Shown: positions 52,549 to 64,000 of the stretch, in pieces
Layout of the letters: each line of letters opens with the position of its first letter
How positions within the stretch are numbered: position 1 is the first letter of the stretch
Assembly: GCA_964016885.1 (NCBI GenBank)
Contig: OZ024752.1
Span: 43,400,001 to 43,464,000, forward strand
DNA length: 64,000 bases
Reading direction: 5' to 3'
Origin: Eledone cirrhosa
Taxonomy: Eukaryota
The notes under the pieces: generated by a model
What the model was told of the DNA's origin: nothing
Databases searched by the model: none
The model's input: only the letters and a program-made list of their open reading frames with translations
Made by a program: the position numbers and the translations under genes

Positions 52549-53596
52549 ATATATAAAGAATTTCAACCGACAGCGATTCATCCCGAGGGTGTGGGGGCTC
52601 TAGAATCAGGAATCTTACAATTTTCTGAAGAAGAGTCTTTATGGAAGGTTCCATTACGATTTTTTATTTCATCAGTAATAGGCTCAAAATTGGTCTCATT
52701 AACATCGAATATCAACTGTACCAACACTCACACACAGTCCGCCCAGAAGTGACCAACACCTCTGAATAGAATAAACAACAAACAAAATATATTTTCTTTT
52801 TGGGGTTTATTATTATTATTTCCATAGAAAGTGATAAAAAGTTTTATTACATCAATGCACGGTGGTGGTGGGGTGATATAGGTAAGAGACTATCTCCCTC
52901 ACCATATAACTGGTACTAAAATATATTTCAAGCAGGGTCTTGGTTGGGAGACGTGAAACCTTTTTTTTTTTTTATTACCAATTACCTCTGCTAGATTATA
53001 TTGTCAATTACAATCAACCCCACCACCCCATACAATACTAATTATCGTTTATCGATCACAGACGAATGGAAGGCAATTTTCATCGTAAAATTTAATCATT
53101 GTAAAAAATTATTTTTTTTAAATGTTTTTTTTTTTTAATTATAAAAAAAATTAAAATAATTGCTGAAAAACAAAAAGTTTATTTGACAAAATAGGATAAA
53201 TAATACATAATTAACACAGACTCCAGTGTATTACTGGATTAGTTACACTATAAAGATGGTATGTTAGTTCTGGTAGGGTTTGAACTGGTGATATCAGTGG
53301 ATTGGACCAAGGAAACAATGTTTCCATTGTTGATACTATCTACCAGTCGCAACTCCTGGCAAATGGAGCAATGTGAAATAAAGTGTCTTGCTCAAGGGCA
53401 CAACACATCACCCAGTCCGAGAATAGAACTCGCAACTCTCTCACCACTAAGCAACCTCCTTCATATCAACAACACCACCACACCGTACGTATATGGATGC
53501 GTGTATGTATATATTTAATTTCAATTACCTCTGTATTTTATTTACTTTATTCTTAACTCTGAAGCCGAGAATCATTCCATTTCCTAAATAGAATTT

Positions 53597-53865
53597 TAGA
53601 CTACGACTTCAGTTATACCATTTACGTGGTTTTGTCTTTGCGTGTAATTGTTCTCACCGCTCCACATAATGACGTATTATCTTCGTTTTTTTCGTTCATT
53701 GCCAGAAAACGTCTCCATGAACCACCTCATAGAATATTAGTCTATGACTTCATTTATACCATAAATGTGGTTTTGTCTTTGCGTGTAATTGTTTTCACCG
53801 CACCAAATAATGACGTATTATCTTCGTTTTTTTTCGTTCTTTGCCAGAGAACGTTTCCACGAACC
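53597..53865. repeat. 141-bp direct tandem duplication
   Basis: gtggttttgtctttgcgtgtaattg...aatgacgtattatcttcgtttttttcgttc occurs at 53626 and again at 53767. Confidence 0.85.
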
Positions 53866-54039
53866 AAAGTGTCGTCTTCCTGTCTTCCTTCGGTTGCAAC
53901 GTTTTTTGAAATATTTACTTCTGCGTTCACAGATTGACTTTTTTAGTTTCAGAAGATCCCGTTAAGGGTAAAAGCAGCAATTCTTTGCTTAAACTTTAAT
54001 CTGTTATTTTAATAAATATTTGCTCTACGGTTCTTATAT

Positions 54040-54200
54040 TCTCACTTAGTTCATGTATATTACTATTACACATCAGCGGAGCATGCATGCTTCGTTCCTC
54101 TCCAGTCTGAGCAGATTCTATGCACACAATGCCCATGTCTCACTGTCATGTAACAAAGCTGTTCATATGCAGGCATCATCTGCCTTTCATTTTTAGAGAG
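54040..54200 (-). mobile_element. RTE C-terminal fragment
   Basis: LLHDSETWALC..LRLERNEACMLR, homologous to ~1640-1730. Confidence 0.75.
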
Positions 54201-54231
54201 AAACCTTTAGTGGCCAATAGTGGTATAAGCT

Positions 54232-54275
<44 letters not shown>

Positions 54276-54426
54276 TCTGTTAGAACACGAAAAGTGTGAA
54301 ACAACAGAATGTTCACTTTTCGTGTTCTAACATATATGCCTAACTTCTTCATAAATTTTCCCGGGATAGCCGTGGTGGTGGTGATCGTATGTCATTGGCT
54401 AATTTTCAACCAATCAGAGTAAGTGT

Positions 54427-54429
<3 letters not shown>

Positions 54430-54466
<37 letters not shown>

Positions 54467-54790
54467 TATTCCTCCTCTCTCTATATATATCTTACACTTT
54501 CGCTTTACACTCCTCCCCTTCAATAACACATTTCCCCCTCTCTATATATCTCTTCCACTGTTACTTACGCCTGTTTCTCTCTATCTGTTCCGTCTCTATA
54601 TATATCTCTCTTACTCTTTCGCTTTGCACTCCTCCCCTTCAATACCATCTCTCCCCCTCTCTATATATTTGTTACTCTATCGCTGCACGCTCCTCTCCTT
54701 CAATATATCAATTACACACGCTTTACACTCCTTTATCCCCAGCGCCCCTATATATACACCCCACCTCCCGCATCTATATTTTAATGTTCC
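54430..54790. repeat. (TA)n followed by a degenerate CT-rich minisatellite
   Basis: Repeated cctctctatatat...tcgcttt.cactcctccc..tcaata motifs. Confidence 0.7.
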
Positions 54791-55805
54791 GTTGCACCGT
54801 GAATATATGTGTCTATATATATATATACATATATATTGTATATACACATTCATGTATGTGTATACACACTGGTTTTATGTGTGTATTGTAAATTTGTACT
54901 GTTAAAACACGAAACTAACATTCGATTGACACTTTGATTACCTGTACAGGCAATAGTTATTAGAATGCTGTTGAAGTGTGTATATATTTTTGGGGGACAT
55001 CCTGTATATACACACATTATATATAATACAATAAACAGATAAATACACACATATATATATGAGCTTATTTAATTATAAATATTGTGAATTTTTAACTCAG
55101 GTCAATTATATATATAAATGGCTTCTACAGGACTAGAACTGTTTCATTCGAAAGAAATCATCATAATATTGAGAGGGGGGACTAAATAAAATATTTCAAA
55201 TCAAATGTGTATAAGTTATAAGTTAAAATGTATAAATAGAGACGATAGTGGAGGTATATCTGTTTAGTGGAACAGTAGACGATAGAATTAAATACAGACG
55301 AGAATCTCCCTTTAATGAAACAGCAGACGATAGAATTAAGGCAATTTAAATTTTAAGCATTTGCATTTCATCGTTACGGGGTCGATAAAATAAAGTACCA
55401 GTAATACACTGTCACTATAAGTAGACGACTTTCAAATTGAATTGTTGGTTCCATTTCTTTAGTATTTTCAATTGTAGTTATCTACTTAAAAAGCGTTACA
55501 CGGTTAGAGACATAATTGGTAAGTTATATCTTCCCTATTAAACCATTGCATTATTTCGCCTACAATAGAACAAAAATGAAATGTTCTTTAAAGAAACAGG
55601 AATATAACTTTATAAAAAAATAAGTTGCATCCGCTTCTTTTATCATTGATAATTTTTTCGTTTTAATATTAATTGTTTTTTGTAGTTCTTTATATTAAAA
55701 ATCTTACTGTAATATTTACTTAAACGAAGGCAGACATCTAAACTTATAGATTAATCTTGAGCGAAGGACTAGATAAATCTCTCTCTCTCTCTCTCTCATT
55801 TTATC

Positions 55806-56017
55806 AACGAAGAATGATAACATTTCAAGCAAAGAGTTTAATTAGGTAATGACTTACAAATTTGTTTCAGTATATATTTAATATAATATTAATATATTTT
55901 GTAATATTATTAACTAATTATTATAATTAGCGCTTCAGGCTTTGTCTATATACTGAAACAAATTTGTAAGTCATTACCTAATTAAACTCTTTGCTTGAAA
56001 TTTTATCACTCTTCGTT
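55806..56017. repeat. Inverted repeat, 71-bp arms with a 70-bp spacer
   Basis: 55806-55876 is the reverse complement of 55947-56017 with 2 mismatches. Confidence 0.92.
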
Positions 56018-56106
56018 TTGAATTTCTCCTAAGTATTCAATACTCTGTTGAGAAATACATTTTACATAAACAGTCTTTGTACCATTTATACGGTATTAAT
56101 TACTTA

Positions 56107-56138
<32 letters not shown>

Positions 56139-56219
56139 GCGTATGATTAGAACTGTGTTTATTATTAATATTTTAATGGATTTAATGAAAAATTTTAGGT
56201 GTTCATATATATATTCTAA

Positions 56220-56279
56220 AAATGCGCGAAATCGTGAATCCGCGATAGTTGAACCGCCAAGTAGCGAGGTATCACTGTA
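56220..56279. mobile_element. Tigger/pogo-type transposon end
   Basis: gaaccgccaagtagcgaggtatcactg|TA; shares the terminal ggtatcactg|TA with the end at 45495-45506. Confidence 0.6.
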
Positions 56280-56305
56280 TATATGTTTAAATATATAGTG
56301 TAGCT

Positions 56306-56770
56306 GTGATGTATCTCGCGAGTGAATCGAGACCTGTCACTGATTTTGGTGTCCCCACTGCCGATGTGAATGAGCAACGCTGCACTTGTGAATTGGGTCT
56401 TGATGTTGCAGGCAGTTCATATACTTACAATGATGCGGTCCCACAAGCTTGTTCACATTCCTGTGCTAATAATCTAGATGGGCGTATTAAATTGGATGTG
56501 AAAGCAGCTTACCGGATGCGGAATCGGGAGAAGTTGAGACAAAAACAGGCCGATTATAGAGCTGTGAATTTTGCTAAATTAACACAAAAACAGGCCAAGT
56601 ATAGATGTTCAAAACGGTATGAGTTGGCAAACAAGCAGGCCAAGTATAGATCTGCAAATTCAGCTATTATATCTCAAAAGCAAGCCGAGCGTAGAGCTTC
56701 TAAACGTACCGAGTTGGCTAAAGAGCAGACTAAGTACAGATCTGCAAATATCTTATTGCACAAACAATAA
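56306..56770 (+). other. Open frame with a 15-aa basic periodic repeat; probably a mobile-element or viral remnant
   Basis: KQADYR, KQAKYR, KQAKYR, KQAERR and EQTKYR recur every 15 aa. Confidence 0.4.
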
Positions 56771-56974
56771 TTCTGCACAAATGTTGCTCCATTATTAGAT
56801 CTAATGTTGCAACGATACAGTTAAATGTTGTCTGTGTATTTTAAAAAAGATTTGCTTATAATCTTTTCAAATTTCATTACGCCAATGATTCAAGCTCAAA
56901 TTGACATTATCTAAAAAATTGTACAAACAGCGGTGGATTAGCAGTAGTGAACAGATAAATCAGTCAATTTATTA

Positions 56975-57626
56975 AGATTGACTTGGCATCAATCAGCAAG
57001 ACCTTCATTAGCTGCTCTCCAGCCATCTATTTAAAGCTGTATACATCTATGGTACGAATACACTTGGAGTTCGCGTCATCAGTCTGGAACCTCTATCTTG
57101 CTCAGAACATTGACCTCCTGGAAACTGTTCAGAGACATGCAACCAAGCGCATACCCTCCATCAGACACCTACCATACCCTGAATATTTTGCTTCCCTCTG
57201 GCAATGGACTTGGTAAACACCCACAAAGTTATTAACCATCCGACCAACAACAACCCCGAACACCTTTTTGATCTCCATGTGTCTAACACGTGGACATGCC
57301 TACAAAGTCAGAAAACAACACAGCTCCCATGACTTTAGGAAATATTTCTTCATGCTCAGAGTTGCTGAAGGATGGAACAAACTTCCTGCATCAGTTGTTA
57401 GCTGATGACACACTGCATCCTTTAAAACCATCATACATTCCGAAATACACCAAAACACCTGATGTCCCCCTTCCATACACATGCACATATGTGTATATCA
57501 TCACTCAAGCACTGTTCTTTTTTCATGACGTTTTTATATTACCCTATGTATTATATATGCACTTTTGATGAGTTGTAGTGCACCTCAGCATTGTACACAA
57601 TATTTTCATTATTATTATCATTATTA
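56975..57626 (+). mobile_element. CR1-group LINE 3' fragment
   Basis: LYTSMVRIHLEFASSVWN..LETVQRHATKRIP, then TRGHAYKV..FF.LRVAEGWNKLPASVV, with an (ATT)n tail. Confidence 0.9.
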
Positions 57627-58814
57627 CACTCATTGATCCATTTTGCACTAACTCTGCATCAAGCACCCTCACCTAAATATTAACCAATCAAGGATCCAAT
57701 ACAGCTATCTGTTGGATGAGTATTGTATAGTGCCAAAAACGAAACCAATCAGTTTAGCAGAAAGTTTCCAGACAAGAAACACGCATATTTTGCTATCCTC
57801 AAACACGTTTACACATGGCATGAAATATAACTAATCCGAGATGGCTAGGTTTCATCTTCTAACTGGATATACGAAATCCATTATGTCTTGACAACAACAT
57901 GAGGTAACATTATGTTATTCACAGACACACTTTGTACACTGTTCCATATCAGAATGTATTTCCTTCATCACATTCACAAACAGTATTGAAAATATGTTCT
58001 TCGGTAAATAAAAATGTTTTGTTCATAATATTTCAACTAGCGATTGCTCTACTCCACGCACGACCACCATAACTTAATGACCAGCTCAACACAAGTATTG
58101 GTAGAGCGTCAGACACCATGCTTTGCAGTATTGTTATGGTCCTTTGCATTCTAAGTTCAAATCCTGCCGAGGTTAACTTCGACTTTCATACTTACTAATT
58201 CGATAAAATAAAGTACCAGTAATGGACTGCCGTAATGGATCTGTGCCGAAAAATAGAAACACTATTAATGTGCAATAAGAGCAAAATATAACGACATTGC
58301 TCAATTATTTTATCTAATGTTGTAATAACACAAGGAAATGTTGTTTGTGTATTTTTTTTTATATTTGCTCATAGGCTTTTACAATTTCGCTCAGCCAACA
58401 ACTATTAAAAAGTGAGTTGCTTAAGATAACAATTTAATCACAAATTGTTGCTATCTTTTAATACACTCCAAGTCATCAAATTATGTACAATAAAAACAAA
58501 TCTTATTAATTTGCTCAGGGAATATAAAGAAAATGTATATACACTGATAATTGCAATTGTATGTAAATATTTTGTTTTTGTATTGTTTATTTTATGTTTT
58601 CTATTATGTATAATATATTGATTTAATATTGATTGTTTTTTGTAGTTGTTTATATTAAAAGTCTGAAAATATTTTTATACATCTTACACTAATATTTATA
58701 AGATAATTTATAATAACAATTACATAATCTAATTACATTACAACGATAATTTATTATTAATATATATCCTGTTTAACTAGAGTTATTACAAGCGTTGCCT
58801 TAAAAAAATATTAA

Positions 58815-59766
58815 ACTAGACATGAAAAATGCGCAAGCTCAAAAGTGCCACAGAATGTTATAATAAACCTTCAAAAGTGTGGGACTAGAGTTGTTGCTAA
58901 AAAATATTGTAATCATTATATATCGTACATTCTGTGGCATCCTTTATAAAAATAGCTTAAACCAACGAAGCCTTTATTTTTACGCTATTTCACTTAGTTA
59001 ATTCTTAGAGTGTAACATATAAAAATAAATACATCTATGTTTAATGTAATAACAGCTATAAATAATTACGTAATATTATTATCATATACTCATAGTAACA
59101 AAATAATTGTGTTGAAAATTAATATGATGCTTATATGAACGATCAAATCTATAATAATTTCTTAAATATATTAATATTAAAATAATTTAGTTATCTATTG
59201 TTACATTTTCATAGAACTATAATATTAACAATCGTATTGCATTATCAAATTTTTATCACTACAAACTTTCATATTGGAATTACCGTAAGCCACTTATTAT
59301 TACTTCGCTTTCGTACTTTTACAGCTGTAGATATTGCGCTGTATCTTATATCTAATATCAATATCTCATGGTAATTTGCATGCAGTGTAAAATAGGTTTA
59401 TTAATAACTTTAATATGAAATGTATTATACAGGGCTGCGGAGTCGGCCAAAAATTGACTGGCTCCAACTCAGGATCCGATACTCCATTATTTCCTAAATT
59501 TCAGCTCCGCAGCTCTGTTATTATATTAATTAATTTATTTTATAGTTGTAAATCATATTTTTATGTTACACTCTAAGAATTAACTAAGTGAAATAGCGTA
59601 AAAATAAAGGCTTCGTTGGTTTAAGCTATTTTTATAAAGGATGCCACAGAATGTACGATATATAATGATTACAATATTTTTTAGCAACAACTCTAGTCCC
59701 ACACTTTTGAAGGTTTATTATAACATTCTGTGGCACTTTTGAGCTTGCGCATTTTTCATGTCTAGT
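58815..59766. mobile_element. Foldback-type structure with 205-bp inverted arms
   Basis: 58815-59019 is the reverse complement of 59562-59766; I saw no mismatch. No clear TSD. Confidence 0.85.
59430..59517. mobile_element. 88-bp hAT-type MITE
   Basis: TIRs CAGGGCTGCGGAG / CTCCGCAGCTCTG (12/13). The 8-bp flanks are gtattata / ttattata (7/8), fitting a hAT TSD. Confidence 0.8.
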
Positions 59767-60099
59767 ATATGATGGCTGCAAATTCTGCCAAATATTCATT
59801 AAAAATAATTGTTTCTACTTTAGGCACAAGGCCAGCAATTACCCAGTACATTACTGGTACTTTATTTTTATCGACCTCGTAAGGATGAAAGGCAAAGTTA
59901 ACCTCCGCGGGATTTGAACTCAGATTGTAAAGGGACGTAACTATGCTAGACAGCATGGCGTCCAACCCTCTACTGATACTGCCAATTCACTGCCATTCAT
60001 TAAAAATAATGAAGGATGTTCTCCCTATGGTGTTGTGGAGATGTTGTGGTGTAGTAGTATTGTGTGGAGTGTGGTGATTGTGTGCCAAGCTAAATTGAC

Positions 60100-60300
60100 C
60101 ATTGCCTTTCCCTTGGACAACATATTGAGGGGACATGTTTCTGTTCCATAGAGGAGAACGGATAGGATTAATGCATTGTAGATAAGGAGCTTCATCTTCT
60201 GGGAGAAATTCATGTTGCCACGTGGAATGTCCTGTCATTCCTTCACCCTGGAGCAGCCACTCTCGTAAGAGCCCTCACAACATCACACTAACCCCCATTA
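60100..60300 (-). mobile_element. LINE (RTE-like) post-RT fragment
   Basis: KMKLLIYNALILSVLLYGTETCPL. Confidence 0.75.
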
Positions 60301-61779
60301 CATTGCAGCACTAGAAACATCAACAAATCAGAAAATATACGTAAGACCAACAAAAGCAAAAACATGAAGGTTTCAATTTCAACTTTTATTTTTGTCCTTG
60401 GTAAATTCTAGTTTGCAGCTGTTGACAGACCATTCAATATTTGGTCCACAAATGATGTGAAACATTTACAATCTGTTGAATATCTTTCACAGCGCAACAC
60501 TAAGCATTAAAATAGAACAAAATTACCCAAAATGCTTGGGGAAAATAAAAGCAAATACAAATTTATTTTTTTATGTGCAAGAACTGGACAGTGTCCAGTG
60601 ATCATCTCAACACAGCTTTAACAGCAAGCTCTCTTTTGGTCCAAGCCCTAATATAGAGGTCAGTTAATTTTTAAAAACTAAAACAATAATAAATGGCCTT
60701 CTAGAATGAAGGTGAGAAGAATTGTCAAAGACAAAAGAATCCATCAAATCTGACGATATTGGTGGGTAGGTTTAACCAACACATACATTAATAATGATTT
60801 CTAATTGAGGCACAAGGCCAGCAAAATTTGGGGAAGTTGATTAAATTGACCCCAGTATTTGACTGGTACTTTATTTATTGTCCTCAGGGGAGTGAAAGGC
60901 AAAGTTGATTTCAGCAGGATTTGAAATCAAGATTCCAAAGTCATTAACTGCCATGAAGCATTTTGTCCAATGTCCTAAAAATTCTTAAATACAATAACAA
61001 CATTGCATGTTTGTAGGTAAGTTTAACCATCAGATGCAATAACTATGTTGTTACAGCTCATAGGTTTCTTGGGTGCATCTCATAGGTTTCGTGGGTGTTT
61101 TAATGACAAAGGCCTGTCTCTCCTCTAGACCAGGACACCAGTCTGGTGCAGGGGTCAATCCCCAGCTGCTAGTGGTACTCATTTTTTTTTTTAAATGAGT
61201 CAACTAGAGCAACATGAACCAGGAATTGAAACCATAACCTTATGATTGTGAGTCCAACAACCTAACCAATAGGCCACACACCATCATGCTCCACAGCAAG
61301 TAGTTAGGCAATGGGGTGGAAATATAAACACAGTAAGCCTAAATCAATTTATAATCTTAATATGTATTTGTCTTGGATTTAGAAACATGTAAAACTTGTA
61401 CATATAATTATAGATGATAGATTGGCAGAGGGGTTTAAGGTGTTAAATTAAATGCCTTGCTAGCTGTCTGGACTCACTGCACTGAATGCCTTCGTAGTTC
61501 TGGTTCATTGCACTTAAATCTCACCAAGACCAAACTTGCCTTTCATACTTTTATGGTCAGTAAATAAAGTACCAGTCAAACACTGGGAGATTAACAGATT
61601 TACAAAGAAAATGTTGAATAGGATGTGTTGCGATATCTGATCCAATGCTTTGTTTTCTTAATTCAAATCCCACTTCCTTCTGTCAAGAGTTGCGACTGAC
61701 AGTATCAGCAATGGAGAAAAACAATGGTGGCATTGTTTTCATGATTCTACCTGCTGATCGGCTCCTTTCCTTTATACGT

Positions 61780-61880
61780 TTAAATTATACACTGAGTGCC
61801 TTTACCATAATACCAGATGAAGAAATAATTGATATTATGCTTGTTCAGTTGCAATTGACTGAGGCTTGAAGAAATTATAT
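61780..61880 (-). CDS. Possible terminal coding exon of an unidentified host gene
   Basis: Acceptor ACTTTCCTAG. A phase-1 frame (D)IISSSLSQLQLNK... runs to TAA. No homology recognised. Confidence 0.2.
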
Positions 61881-62460
61881 CTAGGAAAGTCACTCAAAGC
61901 ATGTGTGAATTCTTAAGAGTTACAAAATAAAAAGATTAAAAAAAAAAAAAAATGTTCTCTCGAACAAGATATAGTATTAAGATTGTTTTTGCTAAGCTAC
62001 ACTTTAAATGGTAACAATGTCAAAAACATTAAGTTATGTTCCAAAAGGAAATTTAATTATATTACTAAATTCCTGTCTCAAATAATTGATTTTCAAAATT
62101 ATTTAAAACAATAAACAATGGCTTTTCATTAAAAATAGGGTAAATATTTATGTAAGAACCTTTGTTGAGTTATATTCTATATACTAATTAATTTAATGAA
62201 TCCCTTTAAGTTCTTCTTCATTTTAAAAATGATTTGAACATCAGGGTCTTTGAATAGAAATAAGCTAACAAAAGGTTCAAATATTTTCCCAAGATCTTTT
62301 ACCTTTAAGTTAGACCACATTGAAAAAGTAACATTATTAAATCCTCCAAATTCTTGATTATTTTCAAATAATCTTTCCATTAAAAATATGAGAAAAGATA
62401 ACTAATATGCAGATATTTTCATTGTTTAAGTAGTAAGGAAATAAGTTTATGAAAACAAAC

Positions 62461-62515
62461 CTTCACTATAGAATCCATAAATTTGAACAACTTCTGTTCG
62501 TCTTTCCATCATGAA
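62461..62515 (-). CDS. Possible internal coding exon (55 nt) of an unidentified host gene
   Basis: Acceptor CCTTCCTCCGTTAATTCTAG and donor AAG|GTTTGT. The open frame reads FMMERRTEVVQIYGFYSE. Confidence 0.27.
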
Positions 62516-62526
62516 CTAGAATTAAC

Positions 62527-63012
62527 GGAGGAAGGAAGGGGTGATGACATCACAAACTATAGATGACGTTACACACTAGAGATGACTGAGGAAGGAAGGA
62601 GTGATGACGTTACACACTAGAGATGACTGAGGAAAGGGGTGATGACGCCACACACTAGAGATGACTGAGGAAGGAAGGGGTGATGACGTCACACACTAGA
62701 GATGACTGAGGAAGGAAGGGGTGATGACGTTACTTGAGATGACTGAGGAAGGAAGGGGTGATGACGTTACACACTAGAGATGACTGAGGAAGGAAGGGGT
62801 GATGACGTTACACACTAGAGATGACTGAGGAAGGAAGGGGTGATGACGTTACACACTAGAGATGACTGAGGAAAGAAGGGGTGATGACGTTACACACTAG
62901 AGATGACTGAGGAAAGAAGGGGTGATGACGTCACACACTAGAGATGACTGAGGAAGGGAGGGGTGATGACGTCACACACTACAGACGACTGAGGAAAGGA
63001 AGGGGTGATGAC
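62527..63012. repeat. 41-bp minisatellite, ~12 copies
   Basis: Unit GAGGAAGGAAGGGGTGATGACGT(T/C)ACACACTAGAGATGACT. Confidence 0.97.
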
Positions 63013-64000
63013 AAACTATAAAAAACAGCGTCTAACATTCACTACATTTGCGTGTATTTCTGCATGTTTATAATAATATACTCATACATGCCTCAGAATT
63101 TTGAATAAAAATATTCTAGTTAATAAAATAATAGTTCTTAATCTGTTGGTGTGAGGAAGTCTCTATTTCATATTTGAAATTATAATTTATTAGAAAAGTT
63201 CCAAGACAAGCTTGGTGAATTGATTAACTGAAACGCATCTTCTGAGGAATACATGGGCGAAAAAGAATGTTTAACTCTTTACTGACAGAAAAAGCAAAGA
63301 GATCTTAATTCTTATGATACCAAAGCTGCTTATTTTAAACCTGTAAGAATTTAGCAGAAAATAATCTAAAAAAATATATTAATTCAAATATCTATAGTAT
63401 CTTCACTAGTTGATGGATCGTTGTGGAAACCTGCAGCATTCTAAAGTAAAGATTTTTATTTTTAATGTGATGCAGTCATAGTGCTGTTTTGTAATTTTAA
63501 AGACTCACTTGCTAATGCAGTTTCATGTGGTATAGAAATTTGAATTAAATTTTTTGTAATTTATCTTAAAACCTTCCACCATTATTTTATGTAAGAAACT
63601 TTTAAGCTATGCTCAAAAGACCAACTTGATAATGAGAAATATATTTCATTTAAATTCCTTCAAATTCTTGATTATTTTCAAAATTTATTGAAAATAACAC
63701 AGTTTTTCATTACAAATATGGTAACAACATTTTATCATTCAAATGGACAATGAAGGACAATTATATTTCGTCTATCATTCTGCGATTCTCTAATTGTAGA
63801 ATACCTTATTTTTTCAAAACATATGATCACCTAGAACCAATTTGCAAACAACCTACTTAATCCACTTGATACCAAACTGCCTGAACCCAACCCTGGTTCG
63901 ACAATTAAAAAAAAAATTATTCACATTTCAGTTAACCCCTATCACCATAATTTTATGTAAAACTTTGATAAACCATGTTCCAAACATTAGCTTGATTCCA

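Noticed and set aside
62461-62515. PPP phosphatase assignment from QIYGFYSE resembling QVYGFYDE
   Set aside because: The flanking GNHE and ECxRKY motifs are missing, and the match is too short to name a gene.
62527-63012. CRISPR-like array
   Set aside because: Contiguous tandem units with no unique spacers, in a eukaryotic context with no cas genes.

Overview
This is repeat-rich eukaryotic genomic DNA. The SINE, RTE and (TA)n content looks octopod-like to me, which is an inference from repeat motifs and not a database result. Bases 1-39784 are the right end of a near-identical head-to-tail macrosatellite: 10 full units of 3636-3669 bp plus a truncated eleventh. Each unit is a decayed RTE-clade LINE (APE endonuclease, RT N-terminus, 3' end; no YADD core). 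The LINE is split by a ~1.16 kb insert carrying four minus-strand exon-like blocks with canonical splice sites. Each unit also has an inverted, ~80% identical second endonuclease fragment that can fold back around a small inverted-repeat element filled with telomere-like hexamers. The array ends in a 20-bp duplication and a diverged partial paralogue (39785-40980). Bases 41000-64000 are mostly transposon remnants: pogo/Tigger, Tc1/mariner, Merlin, Gypsy, CRE-like, CR1, RTE, SINEs, hammerhead-like motifs and a 205-bp foldback with a nested hAT MITE. A 41-bp minisatellite and two weak candidate host exons lie near the end. No intact, nameable protein-coding gene, rRNA, tRNA or snRNA was recognised. 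Boundaries of degenerate elements are approximate.
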